Source of the DNA: Ionaspis alba
Lineage: Eukaryota
Assembly: GCA_964255285.1 (NCBI GenBank)
Contig: CAXUUL010000036.1
Location: 1 to 50,568 of the forward strand
Length of the DNA: 50,568 nucleotides
Direction of reading: 5' to 3'
In this document: piece after piece, positions 13,042 through 26,008 of the stretch
How the letters are laid out: each line of letters opens with the position of its first letter
How positions within the stretch are numbered: position 1 is the first letter of the stretch
Program-made: the position numbers and the translations under genes
Notes under the pieces: generated by a model
What the model was told of the DNA's origin: nothing
The model's database searches: none
The model's input: only the letters and a program-made list of their open reading frames with translations

Positions 13042-14340
13042 TCATTCCTGTGCAACCCTTTCAATCACCCTAGGCAGCTCGTTAGTATCTGGCATACTTC
13101 TGCAATACATGCTGAGACATAATCTTACCTAAGTACGCTAATAGCAAAAGTCATCATCCAAGCAATCAAGGCAATGAGAAGGACTGAGGCTAACGCGCGT
13201 TGCTGACGGCAGTCATGGTCGCTGTTCTTGCATGACAACTCGGCATCGGATACCGACTCAAACGCCAAGCTCAAGTTCGCCGAGTCGAAAACGATGAAGA
13301 ACAGGTCGAGGAATATCAACCGCATCTTGGCCTTCGCCGAACGTAAACCTAGTGGCTTGCCAGTGTACTCGTCGTAAGTGATGTAGATGATATATACCAG
13401 GGCAATGGCATCGATGATGATGGCCATCTCCGGTGAGGTAATGAAGCCATTGGCAGTAGACTTCTTGCTGGCGAAGATCGTTGCGCCGAGCATCAGAGCC
13501 GCGAGTGAGAACACCCAGACAATGGTTCGAATCACGAGAGGGACGACCGGATTCCTAAGAATAGTATGCTGGATTCGATCCATGAATGCTCGTCTCCTAC
13601 CACGTCTCTTCTCCAGACCTTCCTCATCTTGTGGCCGCCATGGTTTCGAATAATCAGCACCATGTTCCACCAACCACTGTTCGTCTACCCGCTGTTCCCC
13701 GTATGGCGAAATTCGAGGATACGCAGAGGCGTCAGCAAACGCTCGCCACCGAGACCCATGCTCTCGGACGTGATACCGTGGTGTTGGGGTTACAGATTCT
13801 CGCCATGGGTCATGGCGTCTTGAAAGCTCCTGTTTGGTTTTGGCCGTTTGCGCTGGACTATTGTTGTGTTGGGCAATCTGAGCATCTGGAGGGGCTTGCA
13901 GGAGCAAGTGCGGGCTTGGATCCTCTCCTTCATCGTCCTCTTCACGTGATGTAACCCAAGCTGTGGTGCAAATGCCAATTAGAATTTACAAGTAGTCCAA
14001 TGTAGGCAGAGACCAGAGTATTTTGGTGAAGAGTATATGGGCAACACTGATACTAACGGGGTATTGTTCTTGCAAAGCCATGGGCCTCTCGTTCTTGCTC
14101 AGCAGCATCTCCAGTGGAGGATGCAAGCGTCTTCTCGTTCGAAGAAACTGATAACGAAATTTCCCTCTCACTAATTGTGCTGTCTTGCTGCGGGGGTCCA
14201 TTCAATCCAGGCGCAAATTGCAGAAGCGTGGCCCTGATCGGTGGAGAAGTCGAAGTCGAGTCTGAAGCAGAATTGTGGCTGCGCACAGGATGCAGAAGTG
14301 AAGCTGCGCGAGTACGAAATCCAATGTCGGAGAAGCCCAT
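13042..14340 (-). CDS. SRF1: Regulator of phospholipase D (Srf1 family), C-terminal multi-TM protein
   Basis: Three exons (RTIP|PWVTS; ISVLR|VIERVAQE*). Family motif YITYDEYTGKPLGLRSAKAKMRLIFLDLFFIVFDSANLSLAF. The start codon is less certain. Confidence 0.85.
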
Positions 14341-14746
14341 ATTGTAGGCCGAAGAGAGGGTCACCAAGCTCTGAACGAATGGTTTTCTGACCAGGCTCTC
14401 AAACTATGACTTGAAAGATCAAGGTCTCCAATGGCAGCTAGAGAGCCTTCCATAGCTGTATTACGATATCCATACGATTGAAAGGCTCTCCACGACTGAT
14501 AAATAAGAATTAAAGAAGTGCTTCGGAGAGTCCCATAGACTAATGACCTTGTGGTTCGTCGGAAGCTTGAAACCGAATGGCCGGCCAAATTAACGATGAC
14601 GTGAAGCACGCGTTTCGTGTCTAAGGCTACGGCATCAAAATTTCAAGTACATTTATTGTACTTACCAATCCCTGGTGCGTCTGTCTGCCCAAGGCACTAT
14701 AGGCCCGACAGACATCGACAGTGATCAATGGGATTGTTATAGCACG

Positions 14747-15988
14747 ATGCGCCTCTTCCTTCTCCCGATCTCTACAAGACGCACCCTCATCTACTGCCAA
14801 CGCCTCAATAAACAACTCACCACCGAGCAAACATATGTCGAAAAGGTTACCAGTAGAGCTAGTACGACCTGGGGTAAATGGGAGGCTGCTGAGAAAGGAT
14901 GGCAGAAGCAAGTCACGCAATGGGGCAACCAGCTCTTCAAGAGAATACCGTATGAAGAATGGGGCCTGAAAAGCATACCACCGCTCAGCACCCGGCGAAA
15001 ATCTCAAGAGCTAGAAGGCAAAGAGGATATTGAGCTATTGTACCCTCCAACTGTCATCAAGCCGACTAGAGTGCTCGATGTGCTTGAGAAGTTGGCTACG
15101 GAACGACAAGCATTGCACAAGAAATGGATGTACGGCAGCATTATAGGCATGCCCATTACAATTCCATTCGGTCTTATACCTGTGTGAGAAGCTCCATACT
15201 TGTGTGATTGGAACCTTGCACGTCCTAATCGCAGTTCTACTACCAGTCTGCCTAACCTGCCCTTTTTCTATTTGGTGTTCAGAGCTTGGTCGCATTGGCG
15301 AGGTGAGCAGCTCTGGGTGCCTTCCTGTGTATCACGGAGCTAACACAACGCAGCATTATCGGGATCCAAACATATCCAGTTTCTTGTCGAGAATGGACTC
15401 ATCAAGGCAACAGCAGGCCATTTATTAGATGAGTGCTACTTTATAACCCGAACTCAGGCCTTCAGCAATAAGATTCGTCAAGATATTGATGAAATAGATA
15501 AGGGCCTGAAACGACTGGACCAACATGACGCTACTTGCGGTGTGGACGCCAGCAAAGACTTTCATGAGACTAGAGAATCACATATCGGGTCAAAGAAGCT
15601 AGAAAAGAATTTCGAAACCATCGAGAAAAACACGGAAGGGATTGCACAGCCAGAGGGCGGAGCGAAGCCTCCTGTCAAACCATTGGTCGCTGAGCAGTGG
15701 GATGCTTGGAATGCAGATTTCGAAGATGAAGGGTTGGTACCGGATGTCTCTCCACCAAATGGAGATGCGGCCAAGCAGCCTGCCGAAAAGATGCTGCTCT
15801 CTAAAGGCAACGGAGCCCTTATCGCCGGGGCATTGCAAGTACGGGAACTGGAAGTGGAAATCGAGCGTGCAATCCAGCAAGTGAAAAAAGTAATAGCGTC
15901 CAAAGTCGAACTTGCAGAGGAGAGCAAGGAGTTAGCAAAAGCCACAGCAAGGAATAAGGAGGACGCTAAATTAAAGAAGTCCAAATGA
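14747..15988 (+). CDS. Mitochondrial K+/H+ exchange-related protein (Mit_KHE1 family)
   Basis: N-terminus MRLFLLPISTRRTLIYC, then RIPYEEWGLKSIPPLS and spliced IPVLPNLPFFYLVFRAWSHWRALSGSKH; two GT-AG introns. Confidence 0.9.
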
Positions 15989-17137
15989 GTCGCGTCCATC
16001 ATATGTCTTAGGATCGACCCTACATGAAGGAGCAAACTATATCGCATGCATTCGATGGTGGCACCCTCCTGGTGTGCTCGTGGAGTAGACAGTCAATTCT
16101 GTACATGGCTAAGGATCTTACTCCTATCTACCTAGATCGTCCGGCGTCTTCTTCCATTCCACCGTAGGTCCTACGTCTCAGACTTGGCTCACGAGAATCG
16201 ATAGAATATCTGTACCAATATAGCTATGCCCATAGGATTTCAATCTCAAAAGAATTATAGCTATGGACGCATTTGCCACGCCAGTCTACAAGTGACCCGG
16301 AGATAGAACCATTGGTCCTACCCTTTTCATTGTGTGAAGAACAAGAAAACTGGCGGCACGATCCGTAATTCATTTCCAGAGATACATTGCAGTCCGCCAT
16401 AATAGGGTCATACAATTATACTGTAATCTGATCCGCTCTTTACAGCCTCCCTCTGAAGTCATGATGCACTTTCCACATCTCATCCTAGCAGGAGACATTG
16501 GGGACAGCAGTCTGCAACGGATTGCTCGAGTTTGGAGTCTGAAGTCTAAAGTCTGGACATGGAAAGGAGCACAAAACGCCAATTACTGGACGTTTGGTCA
16601 CGCTCGTTGGACCACTGGGTCCCGTATCAAGATCTGACTATCGTGAGTAGCTAGGGAAGCTATTTCATCCGCTAATCTCCACAGATGAGCCACAACACTT
16701 TGCGAAGGTCCTCAAGCATCGTCTCGCAAAGCCTGAGTTCAGCTTTGACCTGTCTAGAGCCATTCAGCTATGACGGTTAAGAATTGTGTCCTTTCTAGTT
16801 TCGTTGAAAATCCCTCGGCAAGCCAGCCTACAATCCCTAGTGTAAGGTGCAGCCACAAAATTGCGCTGTCGACGAAAGCATTTCAAGTGGGGATGTTGAT
16901 CACGACGGGCTGGAGGAGCGAATGCGGATGAAAGTGTCCAGGAAATAATCTATCACCACTACATCCGACCGAATGGCGCTCGACAAGAACCTGGTTTAGA
17001 GTATCCGGGATCAGCACATTTTCTCGGAGTAGACATTCAAGACATGGGTAATCTACCTCTCTATGCAGATAGTGTTACTGATGCCTCTTCAACCTTGAAG
17101 CTCATGAAACACCCGGTTTCCGTTCAAAGGAATACTG

Positions 17138-18902
17138 TCAGTCTGCTTGTGCGTCTATGGAAAGCCATTTGTGCTCCAGCAGCTGAGAAGCAGACTTCCT
17201 CTTCTCCGGATCAAGTGCCAACATACCGCGCAGGAAATCACAGAATACTGGGACTTCGCTCTCTGGCATGTCCTTCGGTCGTTGCGTTCTTTCATGGTCG
17301 CCATCCACGAGTTTTTCCAGCGTTGTTGTCTCCAGATATGGGATACGAAGAAGATTTCCTACCAACATCAATGAGCAAGATCCACACGTACTAATAATTC
17401 ATACTTTGAGATTGACGAGATAATGGATTACCGTCTTTGTCGAAGAACTTCTCGGTCTTCTTACCCCGTCCCAACAGTTCCTTTGGAAACGGTCCCAGTA
17501 GTTCGGTCATCTGCGCCAGGACATCGTCTTCCAATGTCCAGGTCCCCTTTTCGCTTGCACTGGCTGGAAAGGCATAATGACCTTTGACAAATTCGATCAC
17601 CTATCGGAGATATGGGGTTAATAGCAGGCTCGGCTGGCAGGCAGAAGTGAAATTATCATTTCGGAGTAAAATTGATGAAAGAAATTTCAAAGAAGTTCCA
17701 AAGAATGACTCAAATGGAGTACTTACGAGGCAGCCAAGACTCCAGATATCTACACTTGGACTCCATGGCGCACCTATAAAGACCTCAGGAGCTCTGAGCA
17801 ACGGCGATTGGATCAATTTCGTCAAATGGCGATCGATCCATGATGCTGTAAGGAAGATGAATATTAGTCATTGAAGGGGAGACGGCCCTCTCGCGGTTCT
17901 CCAGTGAATTACTCACAAACGCCAAAATCTATGATCTGCAGCCGGAAACTCTTGGATTCAGATATCAGAGGTGTTGAAACTACCTCTCGTAGTGGTCTAG
18001 TGCTAAGATTCTCCGTAGCTCTGGGATCGAATGTAACGATCTCTTCACCATGTTCTGAGAGTAACCTCGGCGGTACATTGGAGAGATAGTCTGCAATAGC
18101 AGTCTCCGAGTCCTGTAATACAAGCAGGATATTTGTGGGCTTCAAATCTGTAATAAGAACCACGGTCAGCGGTGATTAAGGCGCAGAGGTCATTGCAATG
18201 AAGTGATCCATGTAGAATCGTCTGAGGCTTCTGTGACATGAACAACTTTTATATTTCACTCACCAGTATGGATGACGTTGCATTCTCTGTGAAGGAAGTC
18301 CAGGCCGTGCAGGAGCTGCCTAATTATTTCCTTCACTATATGGAGCGGGAATCGCTCCTGATCGAATTTGACCACTTGGAACTGTAGATGGTGCCCAAGA
18401 ACCTCAAATACCAAGCATAAATGGCGACCATTTGGACCTCGGTGGTGGAAATGGTCTACCAGCTGAGTAACATGATTTCTGCCTGGATGCTTCGACACTC
18501 CTGCCTTTCGTCCAATTGTCTCCAATATGTCCAGCTCAAAGATATCATGGCGGCCATTGTAACAATCCGCCCTGAGGATCTTCAGAGCTACATGCTTGTT
18601 TCGACTGGAAAATAATTGGTTAGCGGATTATCATTAAACCGAGTATAAACTCCCTACATTGAGTCGTGCGCTAGCCAGACAGTCGAATATTCACCGTATC
18701 CGATCTTTCTCAAGATGATGTATCGCCCATCACGAAATTTGTCTTCTAACGCAACGAGATGAAAACCTCCTGGGCCGTATAGAAAGGGCTCTTCCTTGAA
18801 ATGTCTCGCGTTCCCTTGGGATTTGATAGTAGATGACGAGCAGATGAGCCTTGCGAGTGCCTTTCCAGCCCACGAAGCAAGCCTTGAGCCTGGCTGTCCC
18901 AT
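17138..18902 (-). CDS. SRPK-like (CMGC) Ser/Thr protein kinase
   Basis: Six exons give YGPGGFHLV, KIGYGEYSTVWLA, VALKI, HTDLKPTNILL, IIDFG, LRAPEV and DIWSLGC. The HTD catalytic loop is characteristic of the SRPK group. Upstream in-frame ATGs exist (e.g. 19106, 19160), so the start is uncertain. Confidence 0.9.
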
Positions 18903-21140
18903 CTCTAGAGGTGTTGCTGGCTGCAGATGGTCGCCAATGTTGCGGATGCTCCGGAGACTATATATGCTTCCCGACCTCTGGGTGAGCAAATGCCTCGAGA
19001 TGTGATGAGGTATTTTCGAACTGTAGCGCACCAAGAAAGTACTCTGAACACCTAAGGAAGAGAAACTAGCTGGTCGACGCATGGATGACCATGTGAGTGC
19101 TCTCATGTTGTTTACATATGGCCCTCGATTGTACATGAAGTGAGTATAATGCTGGTGCATTTGCCAAGCCTATTCACGTTTTGTCACTGAAGACTTATGC
19201 TACGATGAACTCCCACTCTTCCCAGAATTCTCGACCTCTTAATAACGTGCTTTGACAAATCAGATAGACCACATACATCTTCAGGTATCTTGAGCAATCT
19301 CCTTAGTGATCATTCGGTATACCAGCATATTCCGTCCTACTTCTATCTTGAGATATCCTCTCAAAGCTATAGATTTTCTTAACGGAGAGAATATATAGTA
19401 AATCTCCCCACAAGAAAGTTCAAGCCAAGGCAGCTGTCTCAAAGTTCTAAGACAAAACAAAGAGTCTCTTGAGCGTCGTGGGATTACTCGATTGCGTTAT
19501 CAGGCAGGTAAATGGCCCTCAAAACCATCATCATGCTGACAAGTAGTAGAGGTTCCTGTCATCAGAATCCTAAGAACCCGGATCCTCTAGGGAAGCATTG
19601 GAAAATTCATTGCAAAAATGATAGAGGGGAGGTAGTCACGGTCGTACATATCTATTATTGAGTCACGACTACGCAACCATCCATAGGGGGGTGGTCTCTT
19701 GTAGTGTGTAACTCTGAGGCTTGATTGTAGGCTAAAAAGGTACTATATATATGCGCTAGTCACGTGCACTAGCGTAGCTTTAGTCCCTTGGCCCTCCTAT
19801 GCCTGAGTCCCTGCCCTAATATCTGTCCGGAACCGGGAGACGAGCCTGATCCCGAGTTGGAGGAGGTCCTCGAAGAAAAATGATTAAGGGAGACCTCCTT
19901 TGTAAATTGTCCCAAGCATTGACCAATATGTCTCTTTCATTTTTTATTGGCTAATGACCAGGCACTTGATGGGAGGAGACTGCCTCCCAGCTACTATGCT
20001 CCATTGAGAATGGTCGTGGACCATTCCATATGGTTTGTTCCTCCGCTCATTGTCTGTGCTGGTGCCTTCCCCACATTGACCGTGGTTTCCAGTCGTCGTT
20101 AGGCGCCTGAATCAAACTAAGCTCTGAGATTCATGGTACGCCTCGGATCCTTTCCGATAGGACAACTGAGACCTGGTGGGTTTCCTCTCCAAGGAGTGGT
20201 CTATGTGAACTAGAAATCATTACCATTCCAGAGCCCTTCGAATGTGATTGCAGGTTTCGTTGTTTTGACTGTGGCCAATGGTTTATCTCAACAGATGTCC
20301 AATGTTCGTACTCTCTCTTGGTATTGTTCTGGACCTAGCAATGTCCACCAACAAGGCAATCAATAGTTAATCATAAGATACTTTGAGTATCTCGACTCGC
20401 CTCTAATGTTGGTCTGAATTGCTAGCCAACGGGTGGAACATGGCTCCTGAGGCTGCCATTGTCTTCAGCTCTTATTAGCTAGCATGATTTGCAAATGAAC
20501 CATGGGAGATTGCCCACTGTGCAAACGTGAAAACGATTCGTCTAGGTGTCACAGCGTATGAGACTCGTGGTTCGAGAGCCATAAATATATGATAACATGA
20601 CATTCATCGCTGCAAAGAGTACTACGAAAGAAAATACATATATAGACTCCCATGGCCTCCCGGCGTATTTTCGGATGACACGTCGGCGCGTGCAGGGGCC
20701 TGACTAACGCGTGCTGGAGTGACATCATTATTGGAGTAGGCTTAATTTTGTTGACAGGCATCCGCGACGCTGGTGGAATCAGGTGGATTGGGACCGATGG
20801 GCATTTAGAAGTACTCAATCCTCCTATTTGTATATTGTCTTAGTCCAATTGCGTGTGGCAATGCATCTATAGCAGGAAGTTTGGCTACCCCTGAATTCTT
20901 TTGGAGAAGAGCAGCAATTTGCCATCTTTATGCTTTCGCCACTACGATTGAGCTTAGTAGTCACGAAGCGGCTCAGCTTCATTCATCAATCAAAAGAGTT
21001 TCTGCGAGTTTCATATATTAGCGCATGCGATTAGTTCAGCGTCAACCAGCCCTGTTACTGTTAACGGGGGTCAAATCGCGAACTTCGATCACTCCTCCAC
21101 TGAGCCAACCCCACCTTCGTCACCACCATCCGTCGACAGC

Positions 21141-23876
21141 ATGTCTGAGCAAGCGTCCGGAGCCGTCTCTGAGGCTATGCTGGCCGAGGAGAACAAGATG
21201 CGAGCTATGGGCAGGACTGAGAGAGCAAATGACAGGAAGCGTGCACAGAAGTTAAGTATGGTGGACAAAGAGCAGAAGGAGAAGAATATGGAGAAATTGC
21301 TTCATCTGGTGCGGAAGAGCAAGGCGAGTACCGAGTAGTCTCGATGACTAGAAGACCTTGCTACTGTCCCGGGGCTAACGTCCCACTTGACAGGTTTATG
21401 CAAGTTTCATGATCGACCGCTTGGAGAAGCAGGAGATCGAAAGGAAGCGCAAGAGTGAGGCAGACCAAAAGCGAGCTGAAAAGCAGGATGCCAATGCGGA
21501 AGCTGTTGCAGTCTCGCTACAGAGGAAAGCGACTCGTGCCTCAACGACGCAAGCAGAAAGCAAGGACAAGGAAACCACGAAGCCAACGACGAAATTCGAG
21601 AAATTGCCTACGCGTAGACGGCCCAAGAAAGGAAGTGCCAATGGTTCAATCACAAAATATCTCAAGAAAGAAGATTTAGAAGCCGGTGCTGACGGCTTGA
21701 CGGTCACCGAAGTAGTTGCGGAGGCAGCAGATACACCCGAGTCAAAGCCGACTGCCCTTGGCGCTCAAGATCTCCGCCCATCAGACCAACCAGCGGAAGT
21801 GGTCGGTGGCATCATGCGTGGGTACCAGCTCGAAGGTCTCAATTGGCTATGCTCACTATACGAGAATGGCTTAAACGGCATCCTCGCAGACGAAATGGGA
21901 CTTGGTAAGACCATTCAGACGATCTCCCTGTTCGCCCACTTCCGCAGCAAAGGCACGATGGGACCTTTCTTGGTCGTAGCACCGTTGAGTACTCTGAGCA
22001 ACTGGATCGAGGAGTTTCGAAAGTGGACTCCAACTATTCCGACGGTACTCTACCACGGATCCCCAGCTGGCCGAGCTGAGCTTCGGAGTACCAAGCTCAA
22101 CGTGAAGAATCCTGCCGAGTTCCCTGTCGTATGCACCTCATACGAGATCTGCATCAACGACCGCAAGCACCTCGCTCTGCATAACTGGAAATACATCGTT
22201 ATCGTAAGAAAACCATCCATATCCTAAAACCCTTACTGAAGAGTTTTAGGACGAAGGACACAGGTTGAAGAACCTAGACTGTCGACTGATGAGGGAACTC
22301 AGGCAGTTCCGATCGAACAACCGTCTTCTAATAACCGGAACACCCCTCCAGAACAATCTCAAAGAGCTCTGGTCGCTGCTTCACTTCCTCATGCCGGAGA
22401 TATTCGACACCTACGAGAGTTTCGAGAGTTTTATCGATTTCTCCGCAGTGCTCGACAAGGACGGCTCCGAACAAATCATCCAACAAGAGCGAAAGAACAG
22501 CCTTGTCACCTCGCTACACGCCATCTTAAAGCCCTTTTTGCTTCGTCGAGTCAAGACAGATGTGGAGACAGATCTACCAAAGAAGCGAGAATACATTCTT
22601 TGGGCGCCTCTTAGCGAACTTCAGAAAGAGCTATACAGAGAGATTAAAGGAGGGAATAGTCGTGCCTTCTTGGAGAAGCAGGTTGTCGAGCGCATTGAAG
22701 AGAATACGCCTCTGAGTAGCCGCAGTGTTAGTCTGAAGAGGAAAGCCGGCAGCGATTGTACTGGTTCTCCGAGTCTGAAGAGTGCCAAGTCAAGTCGAGC
22801 TTCAACTCCTGGTAGTGTTCGCGGTAGAAAGGCCGCTATGCGAAAGAGCTATGCAGAAGTGAGTGACGACGACTTTTTTGAGAAGCTCGAGCAAGAGAGT
22901 GGAAGCGAGGAGTCCGAAGGGGAGGAGGAAGATCCCGAGGTCGCTCGTCACCTAAAAACGCTCGAGTTAGCCAGTAAGTTCACTGTCATCTATCTCGAAG
23001 AAACAGGGAATTAACAATATCCCAGAGAAAGAGATTGGCAATAAGAAACTCCAGAACCCCATCATGCAGCTCCGCCTCGCCTGCAACTCTCCTTTCAATT
23101 TCTATTGGCCGTGGGAAGACGATGAGATTCCCGACAGCAGCCTCGTGGAATGTTCCGGCAAAATGATTGTCCTTGATCGTCTGGTGCCTTATCTGTTTCG
23201 CGGTGGCCACAAAGTCCTCATCTTCTCTCAATTCAAGACCCAGCTCGACATTCTCCACGACTGGGCGACCCTTGTACACAAATGGAATGTCTGCCGTATC
23301 GACGGCGCCGTCAAGCAAGATGACAGAAGGCAGCAAATCAAGGACTTCAACACGAAGAAAAATGTTCGCCTCTTCTTACTGAGTACTCGAGCCGGTGGCC
23401 AGGGTATCAACCTTACCGCAGCTGATACTGTTATCTTGTTCGACAGTGATTGGAACCCGCAACAGGACCTGCAAGCCCAAGACCGTGCTCACCGAATCGG
23501 GCAAACCCGTCCCGTCATTGTATACCGCCTCGCAACGAAGGGCACCGTCGAGCAGACCCTCCTCGAAAGGGCCGATGGTAAGCGTCGCCTTGAGAAGCTT
23601 GTCATCCAGAAGGGCAAGTTCCGCAGTCTACTATCAAAGGACAGCGCAAGTGAAGGAGCAGATATGGATGAACTTGCGAAGCTGTTGGAGCACGACGATT
23701 TCGAGGGCTATGATCCTGGTGAAGGTGTTCTCAGCGACGAAGACCTCAAGATCTTGACTGATCGCAGTGAGGCCGCTTTCGCACGCGCGGAGAAGGGTCT
23801 CGATGCTGGAGAGAAGTTCAAGGCGGTGGAGACGAAGCGTGATGGAGATGGACTGCTGGGTGAGATGACAAAGTGA
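21141..23876 (+). CDS. SNF2-family chromatin remodeller, LSH/HELLS/DDM1/Irc5 subfamily
   Basis: Four exons. Motifs YQLEGLNWL, LYENGLNGILADEMGLGKTIQ, spliced IVI|DEGH, TGTPLQNNL, LLSTRAGGQG, DSDWNPQQDLQAQDRAHRIGQ and C-terminal KRRLEKLVIQKGKF, typical of LSH-like proteins. Confidence 0.92.
21324..21393 (+). other. Probable GC-AG intron in the LSH-like gene
   Basis: AAG|GCGAGT donor in phase 0, GCTAAC branch, CAG acceptor; yields LLHLVRKSK-VYASFM. Confidence 0.7.
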
Positions 23877-24329
23877 TGTGTCGGACTTTGAAAATGTCGT
23901 CGTTGACCGTTTGAGACGATGTGCTTGTTATGGTATTGGTCATTGTGGGCATAGCGTGCGATTTCCTTAGTCTGTGGCGACTGGACCTGTACAAAGTCTC
24001 GACAGAAAGCATGGACGATATCTGGCGTTTGATCTCAGTGCTGATGCAGAGATGTTGTCGCGATTCTTGTGGCATTTGTTGTGTGTGGCACTTGATATAT
24101 GATACCCTCCTGTTTGAGGGCGCTTCGGATAGAAATCTGCATTAGGAGAAAAGCACAGCAGCAGAACCACACTTGTTTGATAGTCAGAAACAAAAATAGC
24201 TCAAGTTCTAGATACCTGATCGGCAACCTTGTTCAAGGCTTTGCCTGTACATAAACTTACGTAACGCTTCGCAACGCCAATGCTCCATCTCGCGCCCTCA
24301 AACCTAAGTACACAAATCTCCCCCTTCGC

Positions 24330-25586
24330 TCACGACCGCTTTTCAGCCTCAACCTCCCTCCTCAGCCCCTCCAACACCTCCTCCCTAGCCCTCAGATGCC
24401 TCTCCAACCCCTCCACCTGCTCCTTCACACTCCTAACCTCCTCGCCTAACGCCTTCAATTTCTCCCCGCTAGCCACCCTCCCCTCACCACTCTCCAATTC
24501 CCGCAACTCTCTCCGCTTATACTCAAGCATCATCTCCAATTCTCTCCTTATAAGCGCCGGCTTGCTATCCCTCCCCCTTTCTCGCTTCTCCTGCTGCCGT
24601 TTCTCAATCGCCTCGATCTTAGCCTCCAGCTCCGCCAGTTGCTTCTTCAACCGCACTTCCTCCCAATCGGGAGTCGTAGCGCTGGAGAAATCCGTCCCGG
24701 AGGGCCGGTACCTAGACCCTCCCCCGAGTCCCAGCCGTGATAGATAGGTGTCGCCGAACTTGGCTTTCCGTCCCGTCGCTGTCTCCGTCTCCCCGTTCCT
24801 TCCCCATTTCTGCGCGGGATCTGCAACCCGGTCGACTGCGTAGTCAATTTGTCGGTTCTCGAATGAGGCTCGTAAGCTTGGTGGGATAGAGCGAGGTACT
24901 CGGTATCCCTCATGGCGGTTGTTCAAGATATGCAGAAAGGTAAGGGCAGCGTCTTTGCCGATGGCATCTGCAGATGACGGGTTCACGAGTGCCCAGGCGG
25001 AGTTGATATCTGTATCCGGGACATCAAGGGAGGCGTAGAGGGGATTGAGAGAGGAGAAGGTTATGGTGCCGCGGTGGGAGGCATTGGCATTGTAAATTTC
25101 TTCGTATTTCGATTTGTCTGAGGGTGAGATGTACCAAGGGAAATCGTCCTTGAGGCCATTTGGTGAGTGAGGAGGAGAAGGCGGCGGGGAAAATTTCGGG
25201 TGTGTGTTTGTGAGAGCACGATTTGCGGAGACAAGGTGGGCTTTCGAAGAGGGGATCAGCCAGTCTGGGAGCGTTGGTGGGAGGGTTAAGTATTCCTGTG
25301 ACTGTTAGCTGTTGTGGCTCGGGGCAAACTCGAAAGAAAAGCGTACGCCGTTCACAAGGTCGAAGATCAGGCGCATGGCGACGCAGAACTCCTCGAAGTC
25401 AAGGTTGCCATCGTTGTCCACATCTGCGAGGTCCCAGACTTTGGCAAGCTGGTCTTCGGAGAGTTGACTGTTTTTTAGGACCGTGGCTGCTTGGGCACCG
25501 TTGAGGTGAGTGCCGCCATTGGAGAGGGAGGAGAAAATTTCCCAGTACCGCTCGACTTCCCACTGCTCTATCTTCTTTTCAGACAT
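24330..25586 (-). CDS. END3: Actin cytoskeleton-regulatory complex protein End3 (EH domains plus coiled coil)
   Basis: Two exons. [48 protein letters not shown], second EH region, and [11 protein letters not shown]...MLEYKRREL. Confidence 0.95.
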
Positions 25587-26008
25587 ACCGACTTAAGAAG
25601 TAAATTGGATATTACGAGAGCTGTACAAAGACGATAGTGATCGGGACTCGAATTACGGTTTCACTCGGCCGCGTCACGTCAAATATTCCCCGAACGGGCA
25701 TGACCCGTGCATGCTTGGATCGCTGACTCCAATGTCCCTCGCAACGTTTTCTAGGTCATTGTGTCGCTCATGCTACTAGTATGGAAGCTATGGCAAGGGT
25801 ATTATAGGACTATTGGATCAGTTCTTTTCATCTCTTCTCGTACAACCATCACGATCGTTCCAACTGCATTAACAAGTCTCATTGGATGCATTATTTACAC
25901 TTCGTCCACCACTCAACCGAGCCGACGGCTCGGCGTATCAATATGGCTACCTCCTCGCTCGTCCTGAGACATGCATGTTTGGGAAAACTCATTGATAGAT
26001 CAAGCTTT

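Noticed and set aside
19200..21100. Telomerase RNA candidate (interval of suitable size, CCCTAA at 19814-19819, hairpins, ATAAGT on the minus strand near 19195)
   Set aside because: No ~1.5-repeat template (e.g. TAACCCTAA) on either strand. The CCCTAA and the ATAAGT splice-site-like motif are on opposite strands, and no Sm site or recognisable pseudoknot/CR4-5 was found.
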